Position numbers and translations under genes: made by a program. Of a stretch of DNA of 64,000 bases, positions 40,903 through 50,637 are shown one piece after another. Source of the DNA: Promethearchaeota archaeon (GTDB lineage: Archaea > Asgardarchaeota > Lokiarchaeia > Sigyniarchaeales > SOKP01); contig JAEOTA010000017.1 in the NCBI GenBank assembly GCA_016840085.1, positions 34,411-98,410 on the forward strand. The letters are read 5' to 3'. Position 1 is the first letter of the stretch; each line of letters begins with the position of its first letter. The notes under the pieces were generated by a model, which saw only the letters and a list, made by a program, of their open reading frames with translations, made no database searches and had not been told where the DNA came from.

Positions 40903-41796
40903 TTAATGATCAAACTCTTTAATGATTTCTGAAAGATGTTGTTTTAAATGTTTAAAAGGTCTTAAATCGCCTGTAAATTCTTGTTGAAAAATTGAATCCG
41001 CTGACATTTTACTTTTGAGATCTTTAAAAACATTTTTTATTCTATAAAAATCTCCAGATGCTATAAAATCTAATGAATATCCATCTATATTTCCAAATAA
41101 TATTATTTTTTTACTCTCTTCTTCTTCTGTATCATAAAGATGAATTTCTTTAATTTTCGTTTTTGCGCGGATTTGTGTATTCATAGATATAGTTGCTAAT
41201 TTTGCAGAAAGATCTGATGAAAATAATTCTATATTTTCATAAGTCCTTTCTTGCTCTATATTTTTTAAAAGATCTACATCATATAATTGTGAAATGATTG
41301 GTAAACCCTGAGAAGATATACCAGCATAGAGAATTTTATTATTAAAATTATTATCTTTGTCATTAAATATTATCTCTTCTTCTAAAGGCTCCGTATATTT
41401 ATCTTCTAAATAGGTTGCTATTAAGGATATAATTTCTTCAAATGTTGATTCTTCAGAAGCATGTTTTAACGCTGTAAATTTTTTAAATTGAATATTCACC
41501 TGTGTGCTAAATTCATCTAACATTTCAAAAGCTTCACTTGACCCTGTATCAAAATCTCCTACGATGCAGAAGAATAAGTTTTGGTTTAAATTTGTGATTA
41601 TATGTTTGACAAGTATCTTTTCCCTTCCAATTTTTGGATTTTTCAAGGAGATTTTTTTCAAACGCCAAGTATATCTTGGATTTATACTTCTTAAAAGTTT
41701 TTCTATAAATAGAACTACTTCAAAAGCATTATATTTATTTTCATCTGAACAATAAAGAATTTCATCTTCTAAAATAATTGTAAAACCAGAGATCAT
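40903..41796 (-). CDS. Tandem longin/roadblock-like domain protein
   Basis: Two beta-beta-alpha-beta3-alpha-like units (ISGFTII..ILYCS; LYAGISSQGLPII..LSAKLATI); fold inferred by eye. Confidence 0.55.
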   Translation of the reverse strand: MISGFTIILEDEILYCSDENKYNAFEVVLFIEKLLRSINPRYTWRLKKISLKNPKIGREKILVKHIITNLNQNLFFCIVGDFDTGSSEAFEMLDEFSTQVNIQFKKFTALKHASEESTFEEIISLIATYLEDKYTEPLEEEIIFNDKDNNFNNKILYAGISSQGLPIISQLYDVDLLKNIEQERTYENIELFSSDLSAKLATISMNTQIRAKTKIKEIHLYDTEEEESKKIILFGNIDGYSLDFIASGDFYRIKNVFKDLKSKMSADSIFQQEFTGDLRPFKHLKQHLSEIIKEFDH

Positions 41797-42016
41797 AGAG
41801 AAAACTCTAAAAAAGTAAAGATCAATTAATTAGCACTTATTATAGAAAAAATTATCGACTATTTTAATTCTTTATGATTTAATAGATTTAAGTGTTATTA
41901 GTACAAACAACTATAAAAATTCAGAAGTATAATTATAAATTTTATTAGAAATATCATCCTTAATGAATTAAGTATTAATAGAAGAGATTCTCAATTTAAA
42001 CGTAAAATTTATAGAA

Positions 42017-42796
42017 ATGATCGAGAAAAAAGCTATTGAAAAGGCTGCTAGATTATTATTGGATTCCAAAGCTGCTATTGTGCTAACAGGAGCAGGAATT
42101 TCAACGGAATCTGGTATACCTGATTTTAGAGGGGAAGATGGAATATGGAAAAAATATAAACCGGAGATTTACGGAAATATTCAAGCACTCTTAAAAGATC
42201 CTAGTAAATTTTGGCAGTTAGCAGAAGACGTAGCCCCTACATTATTTAATGCTGAACCAAATCCAGGTCATTATGCATTAGCTGAACTTGAAAAGATGAA
42301 TATAGTTAAAGCAATAATAACACAAAATATTGATGAGCTTCATCAGAAAGCGGGTGCTGTTATCGTTTATGAAGTACATGGAAATATTAACAGATTTTCA
42401 TGTATGGGATGCCGTGCAAGCTATATTAAAGAACAGATATTAAAAAAATTAAAAAAAGAGAAGCCGCCTCTATGTGATTTTTGTGCTATGCCATTAAGAC
42501 CCTCAGTAGTCCTATTTGGAGAAAATCTTCCAAATTTTGAAAAATATATGTCAGTTGATATAGCAAAAAAATCAGATTTGATGTTAATCGCTGGATCATC
42601 TTTATCTGTTGCTCCAGTATGTGATTTACCAATTTTTACTTTAGCTAATAAAGGAAAGCTAATTATTGTAAATAACCAACCAACATATATGGATGAAAAA
42701 GCTGAAGTTGTAATTAATAATAAAACCGGAATTGTACTCCCATTGATAGTAAAAGAAATCAAAAATATTAAATTTGAAAGAGGAAAACACTCTTAA
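42017..42796 (+). CDS. cobB: Sir2-family NAD-dependent deacylase
   Basis: TGAGISTESGIPDFRG, TQNIDELH, HG, CxxC..CxxC, GSSL. Confidence 0.95.
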   Translation: MIEKKAIEKAARLLLDSKAAIVLTGAGISTESGIPDFRGEDGIWKKYKPEIYGNIQALLKDPSKFWQLAEDVAPTLFNAEPNPGHYALAELEKMNIVKAIITQNIDELHQKAGAVIVYEVHGNINRFSCMGCRASYIKEQILKKLKKEKPPLCDFCAMPLRPSVVLFGENLPNFEKYMSVDIAKKSDLMLIAGSSLSVAPVCDLPIFTLANKGKLIIVNNQPTYMDEKAEVVINNKTGIVLPLIVKEIKNIKFERGKHS

Positions 42797-42819
42797 AAGT
42801 AATTAAATAAATTTTATCG

Positions 42820-44403
42820 ATGATTACTGAAAATATAATTATAAAAGATTGGCGAAATGTTGATTTTTCTTTTGGATTGATTTATCCTAATACATATAAA
42901 ATAGGTATGTCTTCTTATTCTATTAGGCTTCTTTATCATATAATAAATTCTTATGAGAATATTGTATGTGAAAGGTTTTTTTTACCCGAGCAATTAAAAT
43001 TTCCTGCTTCTAAAGACTATTCTTCTCTGAATAATTTACGATCTATTGAAAATAAAATACTACCAACTGAATTTAATATTCTAGGTTTTTCACTTCACTT
43101 TGAAAATGATTTCAAGAATATATATTGGTTTTTAGACAAAGTAAATATACCTCTATATTCTCAAGAACGTCAAAAATCGAAAACTGATGAAAATAAACAT
43201 TATCCACTTATTATTGGAGGAGGTCCTGCAATTACTTCAAACCCAATGCCATTAAGCAATGTATTTGATGTTCTATTTATTGGGGATTGTGAACCGAATT
43301 TAAATGCTTTTTTTAATTCTTTTGAGGAGTATAATAAAAATAAACTAAGTTTTCAAGAGCTTTTACAAAGATTAAAAACCATAGAAGGTCTTTTTATTCC
43401 CTCGCTACAAAATGAAGTTAAAAGAGTTGCTCTCAAAAATCTTGATGAGTCACCCATTCCTATTTTTCAACTGCTTTCTAAAAATTCTTCTGCAAAATCT
43501 ATTTTTGAGGAAAATTTTTTCGTTGAAATCAATCGAGGATGTCCATATCAGTGCAAATTCTGTATTTCTTCTTTTCATAACTCACCATTCAGAAATAGGA
43601 GTTATAATAACATAATAAAAACTGTTGAAGAAGGTATAAAATATTCAAATTTTGACACAATTAGTCTTATAGGATCATGTGTTTCATCCCATCCAAAATT
43701 TAAGCAAATTTGTGAATTCATAATAGAAAAGGGAAAACGATTGACTTTACCTTCAATAAGAATTGACCATTTATCTCCAGAAATAATACGATTATTAGAA
43801 AAAGGAAACATTAAAACAATCACAGTTGCTCCAGAAGCAGGATCAGACGTTTTAAGATTTGGTCTTGGAAAGAAGATTTCTAATGATAAAATAATTTCAG
43901 TATTATCCCAAATTCGAGATTCACGTATTAAAAATGTAAAATTTTACTTTTTAATAGGCATACCAAATGAATCTGATAATGACATTGATGAAATTATTAA
44001 TTTAATTAAACAAATTGACGAATTAGGATTTGAAAGAAATTCTCTGAGAATTAATATAAATCCATTTATACCAAAATTAAATACTCCTTATGAAAAAGAA
44101 GTTAATTTCTATTTTGAAAAAAATCATAGAAATCTGCTAGAAAAATACCGAAAACTTGAGGGGGAATTAAAAAAATTGTATTCAGTTAAAAGTAAATTTG
44201 AAAACTTCAAGGTAATTCTTAAAAACGCTAGATTACAAACTATGATTTCCTTAGGAGATTATAAAATATCTACTCTTCTAATTAATCACTACTTAAATGG
44301 GGCTAAATTAGTATCATTAAAAAGGACTCAAAAAGAATTAGATTTCTCCGTGGATGACTATCTCTTAAAAATTAGAAATTGTTATAGTCCTTGGACCTTT
44401 TAA
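42820..44403 (+). CDS. Radical SAM protein with a B12-binding-like N-terminal domain
   Basis: YPNTYKIGMS, GGGPAITSNP, EINRGCPYQCKFC, APEAGS. Confidence 0.88.
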   Translation: MITENIIIKDWRNVDFSFGLIYPNTYKIGMSSYSIRLLYHIINSYENIVCERFFLPEQLKFPASKDYSSLNNLRSIENKILPTEFNILGFSLHFENDFKNIYWFLDKVNIPLYSQERQKSKTDENKHYPLIIGGGPAITSNPMPLSNVFDVLFIGDCEPNLNAFFNSFEEYNKNKLSFQELLQRLKTIEGLFIPSLQNEVKRVALKNLDESPIPIFQLLSKNSSAKSIFEENFFVEINRGCPYQCKFCISSFHNSPFRNRSYNNIIKTVEEGIKYSNFDTISLIGSCVSSHPKFKQICEFIIEKGKRLTLPSIRIDHLSPEIIRLLEKGNIKTITVAPEAGSDVLRFGLGKKISNDKIISVLSQIRDSRIKNVKFYFLIGIPNESDNDIDEIINLIKQIDELGFERNSLRININPFIPKLNTPYEKEVNFYFEKNHRNLLEKYRKLEGELKKLYSVKSKFENFKVILKNARLQTMISLGDYKISTLLINHYLNGAKLVSLKRTQKELDFSVDDYLLKIRNCYSPWTF

Positions 44404-44435
44404 TTAATATCTAAATAAAAAATAAAAAAAATAGT

Positions 44436-44939
44436 TTAATCAATTTTTTTAAATACTTTTTTCACAGCTCCACAGACAGGACATTTATCAGGGGGATCTC
44501 CTTCATGAGTATATCCACACACAGGACATATATATATATCCTTCTTTTCTAAATCATTACCGCTTTCAACTGATTCAAGAGCGGCTTCATAGAGTTTATG
44601 ATGAATCTTTTCAACTTCATTTGCATAATTAAAAGATCTTTCAGCATCTTTGTTACTTTCTTTTTTAGCATCGTCTAAAAACTCAGGATACATACTGGTA
44701 AACTCATAATGTTCACCTTCTATTGCTTCTTGAAGATTTTCTTTAGTAGATTTTATACCACCAAGTACTCTAAGATGGTTATGAGCATGTACTGTTTCTG
44801 CTGCCGCAGCTGCTCTAAAGACCTTAGCTACCTGAGTAAATCCTTCTTTATCCGCTTTTTCTGAAAAGGCTAAATATTTACGATTTGCTTGTGACTCCCC
44901 TGCAAATGCAGCCTTTAAATTTTCTTCTGCTTTAGTCAT
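44436..44939 (-). CDS. rbr: Rubrerythrin
   Basis: AFAGESQANRKY, ETVHA, EKIH, CPVCG..CPVCG. Confidence 0.95.
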   Translation of the reverse strand: MTKAEENLKAAFAGESQANRKYLAFSEKADKEGFTQVAKVFRAAAAAETVHAHNHLRVLGGIKSTKENLQEAIEGEHYEFTSMYPEFLDDAKKESNKDAERSFNYANEVEKIHHKLYEAALESVESGNDLEKKDIYICPVCGYTHEGDPPDKCPVCGAVKKVFKKID

Positions 44940-45116
44940 AATCAATTTACACCAATAAAATTTTATTTTAAAATTATATTAAGAAACTTTTTAATTTGGT
45001 TTTTATAAATAATAAATTTTATTAAATTTGAATTGAGTTCTTCTTTTGAAAAAAATAGATTAGAACTTAGATATACTAATAATTACCTTGTTTCTTTAAA
45101 ATGAGCATTTTCACTA

Positions 45117-45914
45117 TTATGAAAGTATTTTTTTAATCGAATTCACAACTTTAGTCAGAAGATATTCTGCTACTCCAAATTTTACATTGGAATCAAAAAC
45201 CAAGATAATAAAATATTTATCTTGAATATATTCTGAAAATATATATTTTTTATCCTTAAAAGTATAAAAGAGTCTTAAAATTGAATTATTATGAATCTTT
45301 ACTCTAAAATCGACTTCTTTTAAGAATTTTCTTAAATCTGATTTATCAAAAGATGAATATATTACTTTTCCTCTATTCGTTGAGCAAATAATGCCATCAA
45401 TATCATCTCTTAAAGTTAATTTATTTAAGAATTCTTTGATTGATTCTTCTTTTTCTAAATCAAACTCATCAGAAATAATCTCATTGATTACATTATCAAT
45501 TGCCTTATTCATTTTACTGTCATATATGATTTCACCATCTATTTTAACCTTATTTTTCCTTATATATGTTGTTACTTTCTTATTTATTTTTGAAATTATT
45601 TCATCTAAGAAATTCAAATTTTCAATTGAATCGCTTAATACACTATAATAAATAGAATTTCTTTCAAAAATTACTAACTTTATATCATTCATTTCAATAG
45701 TTTTGATTCGTTTACCCATCATTTCCTCCGAAAATGACATTAGAGCGGTTATAAAAGGCGAAAGTAAATTTTTCTCTATTTTAAAATGATCTGTAAAATT
45801 TTTACCATAAAAACAAATCCCAGATCTATTAAATATGAATATATTGTGTATATTAGTATTTTCATCGTATCTTTTTATCTTTGAAGGAAAAAGTAATTGT
45901 TCCTGTATAGTCAT
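45117..45914 (-). CDS. Longin + roadblock/LAMTOR-like two-domain protein
   Basis: IHNIFIFNRSGICFY..LLSPFITALMSFSEE (longin-like); DIDGIICSTNRGKVIYS..ILVFDSNVKFG (roadblock-like). Confidence 0.7.
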   Translation of the reverse strand: MTIQEQLLFPSKIKRYDENTNIHNIFIFNRSGICFYGKNFTDHFKIEKNLLSPFITALMSFSEEMMGKRIKTIEMNDIKLVIFERNSIYYSVLSDSIENLNFLDEIISKINKKVTTYIRKNKVKIDGEIIYDSKMNKAIDNVINEIISDEFDLEKEESIKEFLNKLTLRDDIDGIICSTNRGKVIYSSFDKSDLRKFLKEVDFRVKIHNNSILRLFYTFKDKKYIFSEYIQDKYFIILVFDSNVKFGVAEYLLTKVVNSIKKILS

Positions 45915-45976
45915 ATTAGAATATCATAACACAACTATAAAAAGCTCAAACTTTTCGATTAAATATTAGTTAAAAT

Positions 45977-46975
45977 TCAATTTATCCACGTCTGAACTCC
46001 CATGAAATCAAGTTTTGCAGGTAATATTTGGAAAAAATTCTCTGTGAATGTTTTTTTCAATTTATGTTCACTTCCCATACCCGCTAGTATTGTGGCTGAA
46101 CCTCCTCCTCCAGCACCATTTAATTTAAATCCTATTGCACCATTTTTTAATGCAATTTTTTCTGTTTTTTTAATAATTGGATTAACCATTAAATTATGTA
46201 AGTTTTTTTGTGCTTCCCAGTTCTTTAACATTACTTCTCCCATCTGTATAAGATTTTCAGAATGAATTGCCTCTTTCATTTCATAAGCGCACTCTTTAAT
46301 TATTTCAAATGATTCAATAGTTTTTTTATCTCCATTTGTAAAATTTTCGATAACACCTTTATGCATTTCACTTGAACTACGTGAGCTTAAAAAGATAAGA
46401 ATCAATTGGCTTTCTAGTTCACATATTATTTTATTATCTAATTGAACTTGTAAATTTCTTACTTCAGGGTAATCAATCTCCATGAAATTAATTCCACCAA
46501 ATGCAGCAGCATACTGATCTTGAACACCACTCTCCAATTTTAATTCTTCAATTTCAAGTTTATGAGCTAATCTTGCAATTTCAGCAGGTTCTAGGCTTTT
46601 CTTAGAAAATCGAGCTAGAGCAGCAATTAAAGCAACTGCTACACTTGCACTTGTTCCAGTTCCACAAGCAGGAGGTGCCTCAGCTCTAACGTAAATATCA
46701 ATTCCATGTTTAATGTCCATTCTTTTAACAGCAGCCTTTAATAAATCAAGATTTCCATCATATTCAATCCTATTCAAATCTTTTATTTCTGTCTGTAAAT
46801 TAAGATTCTCTGAAAAAATTTTGATTTTGTTAGAATTATTCGGCACAATCCGAATATAACTATAAAGATCAACACAAATATTAAAAATAGCACCTTTAGG
46901 ATAAAACCAAGTGTCAGTCCAACCGCCAATATCACATATTCTAACAGGAGCTCTAGAGAGTATTGTTTCTGTCAA
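45977..46975 (-). CDS. GHMP kinase (HddA-like sugar-phosphate kinase)
   Basis: RAPVRICDIGGWTD, PPACGTGTSAS, GVQDQY, KLNGAGGGG. Confidence 0.9.
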   Translation of the reverse strand: MTETILSRAPVRICDIGGWTDTWFYPKGAIFNICVDLYSYIRIVPNNSNKIKIFSENLNLQTEIKDLNRIEYDGNLDLLKAAVKRMDIKHGIDIYVRAEAPPACGTGTSASVAVALIAALARFSKKSLEPAEIARLAHKLEIEELKLESGVQDQYAAAFGGINFMEIDYPEVRNLQVQLDNKIICELESQLILIFLSSRSSSEMHKGVIENFTNGDKKTIESFEIIKECAYEMKEAIHSENLIQMGEVMLKNWEAQKNLHNLMVNPIIKKTEKIALKNGAIGFKLNGAGGGGSATILAGMGSEHKLKKTFTENFFQILPAKLDFMGVQTWIN

Positions 46976-47301
46976 GTTTTTCTGTTGTTTAATTTATTAG
47001 AATGGTATATTTAATAACTTTGAACCTTTTTTAAATTCTCCTTTTTTTATTAAAAAACGATTATCATTTCTATCATAATTTTTTAGAATGAACTATTCCA
47101 ATTCAATACCTAAATTTTCAAGTTCAGGTTTACATGTCCATTTTCTATTTAGAGAAAATGTTTCCATCTAAATTTTCCTTTTATTTGATTTGTTTCCATT
47201 ATTTCCAACTTGGAATCAAATATATCTTACTAAATTTATGATTAATTTTAAAATCTGCCCCAATTTTTATACATTTTTGAAATTGCAAAAATTGCATTTA
47301 G

Positions 47302-47350
47302 AACGATGTTATTCATCGTTTAAGATGATCAGATCTTAAAGTTTAAAAGG
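47302..47350 (+). promoter_or_regulatory. Histone promoter: two abutting palindromes followed by a TATA box
   Basis: AACGATG-N5-CATCGTT, TTTAAGAT-N6-ATCTTAAA, then AAAG-TTTAAAA. Confidence 0.5.
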
Positions 47351-47424
47351 AAGTTTGTAGGATTAATATTTAACGTATAAATTTTTTTAAAACATTTTTA
47401 AAACATTAAAGGAGGAATAAAAAA

Positions 47425-47622
47425 ATGGCTAAAAAAGCATCGGTAGAGGCTCTTTTTGTTAAAAGCAAAGTTCGAGAATATATTAAGGGTAAAGGCTGCA
47501 ATACAAGTGGGGATTTAATTGATGGTCCAGCACTTAATAATGCAATTATTGAGGTTCTTGACAAAGCAATCGGAAGAGCCAAAGCTAACAACAGGAAAAC
47601 CGTTCAAGAAAAAGATCTATAA
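47425..47622 (+). CDS. Short histone-fold protein (Bd0055/face-to-face type)
   Basis: LFVKSKVREYIK..NTS..RAKANNRKTVQEKDL; strong SD GGAGG. Confidence 0.85.
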   Translation: MAKKASVEALFVKSKVREYIKGKGCNTSGDLIDGPALNNAIIEVLDKAIGRAKANNRKTVQEKDL

Positions 47623-47647
47623 TTTTCTTGATTCAAACTTAAATTAG

Positions 47648-47657
47648 TTTTTTTTTT
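47648..47657 (+). terminator. Oligo-T terminator after the histone gene
   Basis: T10 tract about 25 bp after the stop codon. Confidence 0.5.
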
Positions 47658-47850
47658 ATCTAATTTTATATCTTCATTTTAATTTAAGTAAATAATCACA
47701 AATTTACCACAGTATACAATTTTAAATTCTTCAAATTTAAAATTAAAACTAACACACACAACCTAAAATAAAGAATAAAAATTCCGTCCCAAATCGCCTT
47801 ATACCTTTACCTCTTTTTAAGAGAATAGGAATTTTTTATTCTTATTTTTA

Positions 47851-48396
47851 CTACTTTTCGATATCCTGATTTCGTGTTTTGTCGATAATAAAAAATCCAG
47901 TTGATATTATACTTTTTAGTTTTTGTAACGCATCTTTAAGTTTTTTAACTCTTTCGTACTGACCTGAAACAGCAATAATTTCTAGACACTTTTCATATTC
48001 TAGATGTACATGCATAGTAGAAATGATAATATCATAGAAATGGTGTTGAATATCATTCTTTAGAAGTTCATCTGCTTGTTGGATATTTGCATAAAAAGAT
48101 TTGGACTCAAAATCATGATTATGATTAGGTTCATGAGAATGATCATGTAATTGGTCTTGATCTTCTATAGTTGGGTGCTCATGTTTCGAATTCAAGTGTT
48201 GGTGAGCCATGATTATTGTAATACAACCTACAACATCTCCAGAACCAATTGACACAAATTCATCACTTACCATAAAATTATACATTGCTTTTCGGATGGC
48301 ATCTGATCTTGAAATCCCTAACTTATTCCTAAATTCTTCAAATATCTCGTATAACTTTTTAGGAAGAGAAATTGTAAAACGTTTATATTCTTCCAT
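47851..48396 (-). CDS. nikR: Nickel-responsive regulator NikR with a His-rich insertion
   Basis: RHH domain RFTISLP..SRSDAIR; Ni site QHH..MHVHL..CLEI. Confidence 0.88.
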   Translation of the reverse strand: MEEYKRFTISLPKKLYEIFEEFRNKLGISRSDAIRKAMYNFMVSDEFVSIGSGDVVGCITIIMAHQHLNSKHEHPTIEDQDQLHDHSHEPNHNHDFESKSFYANIQQADELLKNDIQHHFYDIIISTMHVHLEYEKCLEIIAVSGQYERVKKLKDALQKLKSIISTGFFIIDKTRNQDIEK

Positions 48397-48440
48397 GTTA
48401 AGCAACTAGAATATTATAAAATTAAAGTATAATAATAAAA

Positions 48441-49175
48441 TTATTTTCTTATGAGGATGGCAATTGGCACACTAGCCTCTCTCCATTGTGCAATCTTGCC
48501 GCTATATTCCAAGTTAAGCTTTACCCTACCATGATCTCCGATAATTATCATTAATGAATTTGACCTAAGTTGTTTATAATTACTCAGAATCCACTTATCT
48601 GTACGATTCAGTAATTTTTCTATTAAATCTTCAGGAGTTCGTTGTTTTAATCGTTGCTGTTGTTTATGTAAATTCTCAAAATCTAAATAGTGCATCCAAG
48701 AAAGATGATGCGTATTTATAGCCTTCGCGCTCTCAACCCAAGTTGACATATCAGTATCTTTTGGAATAGATTTCGTCCCTCCATCATATCTCTCTAAGTC
48801 TTTCTTTCTTCCGATAAAGCAGGATGTTTTTCCTGCATCATTTATTGCCTTTAATAAGTGAAACCCATTAGGTTCAACTTCAAAACCACCATAGATTAAT
48901 TGATGTAAAACTCCTAAAGTATAAGGATTTTTTGTAGAAAGAAGGAGCATGATTTCAGATTGAGTAATCATGAATTCAGGTTTCATAAATGTTATTTCAA
49001 AGAGACCCATATTGTCAATTAGATTAATGCTTATCCTTTCGATTCCTGAATATAAATTAGAAACCTCTTGAATTGGCTCTGGGATTGTTCCATGGGGTGG
49101 CTCAACTTCCAATATTTTCAGTATAGTTGCGGGTAATTGGTTCATGTAGCATTTTAGAGTTTGAAGCTCTGACAT
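48441..49175 (-). CDS. Compact alkaline phosphatase superfamily (PglZ/NPP-like) protein
   Basis: QLPATIL, LIDNMG, DFENLH, IIGDHG, VPI. Confidence 0.65.
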   Translation of the reverse strand: MSELQTLKCYMNQLPATILKILEVEPPHGTIPEPIQEVSNLYSGIERISINLIDNMGLFEITFMKPEFMITQSEIMLLLSTKNPYTLGVLHQLIYGGFEVEPNGFHLLKAINDAGKTSCFIGRKKDLERYDGGTKSIPKDTDMSTWVESAKAINTHHLSWMHYLDFENLHKQQQRLKQRTPEDLIEKLLNRTDKWILSNYKQLRSNSLMIIIGDHGRVKLNLEYSGKIAQWREASVPIAILIRK

Positions 49176-49234
49176 GTTTGTGCCCTATAATTGAAAATTT
49201 TATTTATTTTTAATAATTCTTAATATTATTAAAA

Positions 49235-49262
49235 TGATAATATAATTATAAAATTGTTATCA
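49235..49262. promoter_or_regulatory. Candidate NikR operator
   Basis: TGATAA-N16-TTATCA in the divergent nikR-operon/larC intergenic region. Confidence 0.5.
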
Positions 49263-49305
49263 CTTAAATTATCGAATAATATACCAATCTTGGATATAGA
49301 TAAAA

Positions 49306-50589
49306 ATGAAAATATTATATCTCGACTTAAATAATTCTGGAATTTCGGGGGATATGTTTCTTGCAGCACTTTTAGGGTTAGTTCCAGAACCCCATACCAT
49401 TTTAAACTGGTTAAAGGAAATTAAAGATTACTTACCTGGTGTTTCAAAATTAGAGATAAAGCTTATTAAATCTTCACACTCTGGAATTCAATTAAATAAA
49501 TTAGATATAGATATAAAAGAAACCAGAAATCATAGATCAGCGAAAATTTTGATAACTTCTTTAAATGATTTTTTAGAGAAAAAAAAGATTTCAGAATCTA
49601 CAAAGGATTATGCTAATAAAGTATTAAACTCTTTAATTCAAGCTGAATCTGAAGTACATGGTAAGTTGAGTAATGATATTCACCTTCATGAACTCAGTTC
49701 TGTTGATACTTTAATTGATATTATAGGAGTTGCTACAATATTAGAGAAAATCAATGGCTTCGATGAAAATTTTAAAATATATTGTAGTAAAATTCCTTTA
49801 GGAGGGGGAAAAATTAATACTGCTCATGGCTTATTAACCATTCCAGCTCCAGCTACCTTAAAAATCTTAGAAAAATCAAATTTGGTAACATATGGGGGTC
49901 CAATTGATTCTGAATTGGTTACTCCCACTGGAATAGCTTTATTATCTAATTTAAATCCTACTTTTCAGCAATATCTTCCAGATATGAGAGTTCAAAATTC
50001 TATTTTTAGCACTGGACAAAAAAAGTTTACAAATTTCCTCAATATCTTAAGATTATTTTTTGGTGAATCTCAAAATTTAGAAAGCTCTCATTTAACTCAT
50101 CCATTAACCAAATATAGAGAAGAAATATCTATATTAGAAACTGATGTTGATGATATATCTGGGGAATTATTAGGGAATTTTATTAATAAAGTAGGAAAAG
50201 AAAAAGTTTTAGATATACAAGTTATTCCAAGTATAACTAAGAAAAATAGACCTAGTAATATTATCAAGATTCTCTGTTATCCTAAATATGCTTTTGAGTT
50301 AATGGAAAAAATAATACATGAATTAGGAACTCTTGGTGTAAGATTTAATACTATTAATAGAATTTGTATAGAAAGAATGATTGAAAAACAGACTATAGAA
50401 ATTTACAATCAGAATTTTGAAGTAAGTTATAAAGTATCTTATATCGATTCAGAAAAGGGGAAGCAACTTGTTAATATAAAACCGGAATATGAAGACCTTA
50501 ATAGAATTAGTGAAGCTTTAGGAATACCATTAAGAAAAATACAATTAATCGTTCAGATACATCTAAAGCAATTTTTAAATAATTTTTAA
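49306..50589 (+). CDS. larC: Nickel pincer cofactor biosynthesis protein LarC
   Basis: SGISGDMFLAAL, AESEVHG, HLHE..DTLIDI, AHG..PAPAT, ELVTPTG, ETDVDD, KKNRP, KPEYED. Confidence 0.95.
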   Translation: MKILYLDLNNSGISGDMFLAALLGLVPEPHTILNWLKEIKDYLPGVSKLEIKLIKSSHSGIQLNKLDIDIKETRNHRSAKILITSLNDFLEKKKISESTKDYANKVLNSLIQAESEVHGKLSNDIHLHELSSVDTLIDIIGVATILEKINGFDENFKIYCSKIPLGGGKINTAHGLLTIPAPATLKILEKSNLVTYGGPIDSELVTPTGIALLSNLNPTFQQYLPDMRVQNSIFSTGQKKFTNFLNILRLFFGESQNLESSHLTHPLTKYREEISILETDVDDISGELLGNFINKVGKEKVLDIQVIPSITKKNRPSNIIKILCYPKYAFELMEKIIHELGTLGVRFNTINRICIERMIEKQTIEIYNQNFEVSYKVSYIDSEKGKQLVNIKPEYEDLNRISEALGIPLRKIQLIVQIHLKQFLNNF

Positions 50590-50637
50590 AAATAAAAAGA
50601 GAAAAAAAAAGATTAGAAAGTAGGTTTATCTATTTCT

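Noticed and set aside
47093-47095. Pyrrolysine read-through of the in-frame TAG
   Set aside because: No pyl genes in the window and no recognisable protein family for the frame
42017-47622. Functional Sir2-histone chromatin module
   Set aside because: The genes are about 4.6 kb apart with unrelated genes between them; proximity alone is not evidence
48441-49175. BREX defence system suggested by the PglZ-like fold
   Set aside because: The protein is short and no brxC, pglX or brxL genes are nearby
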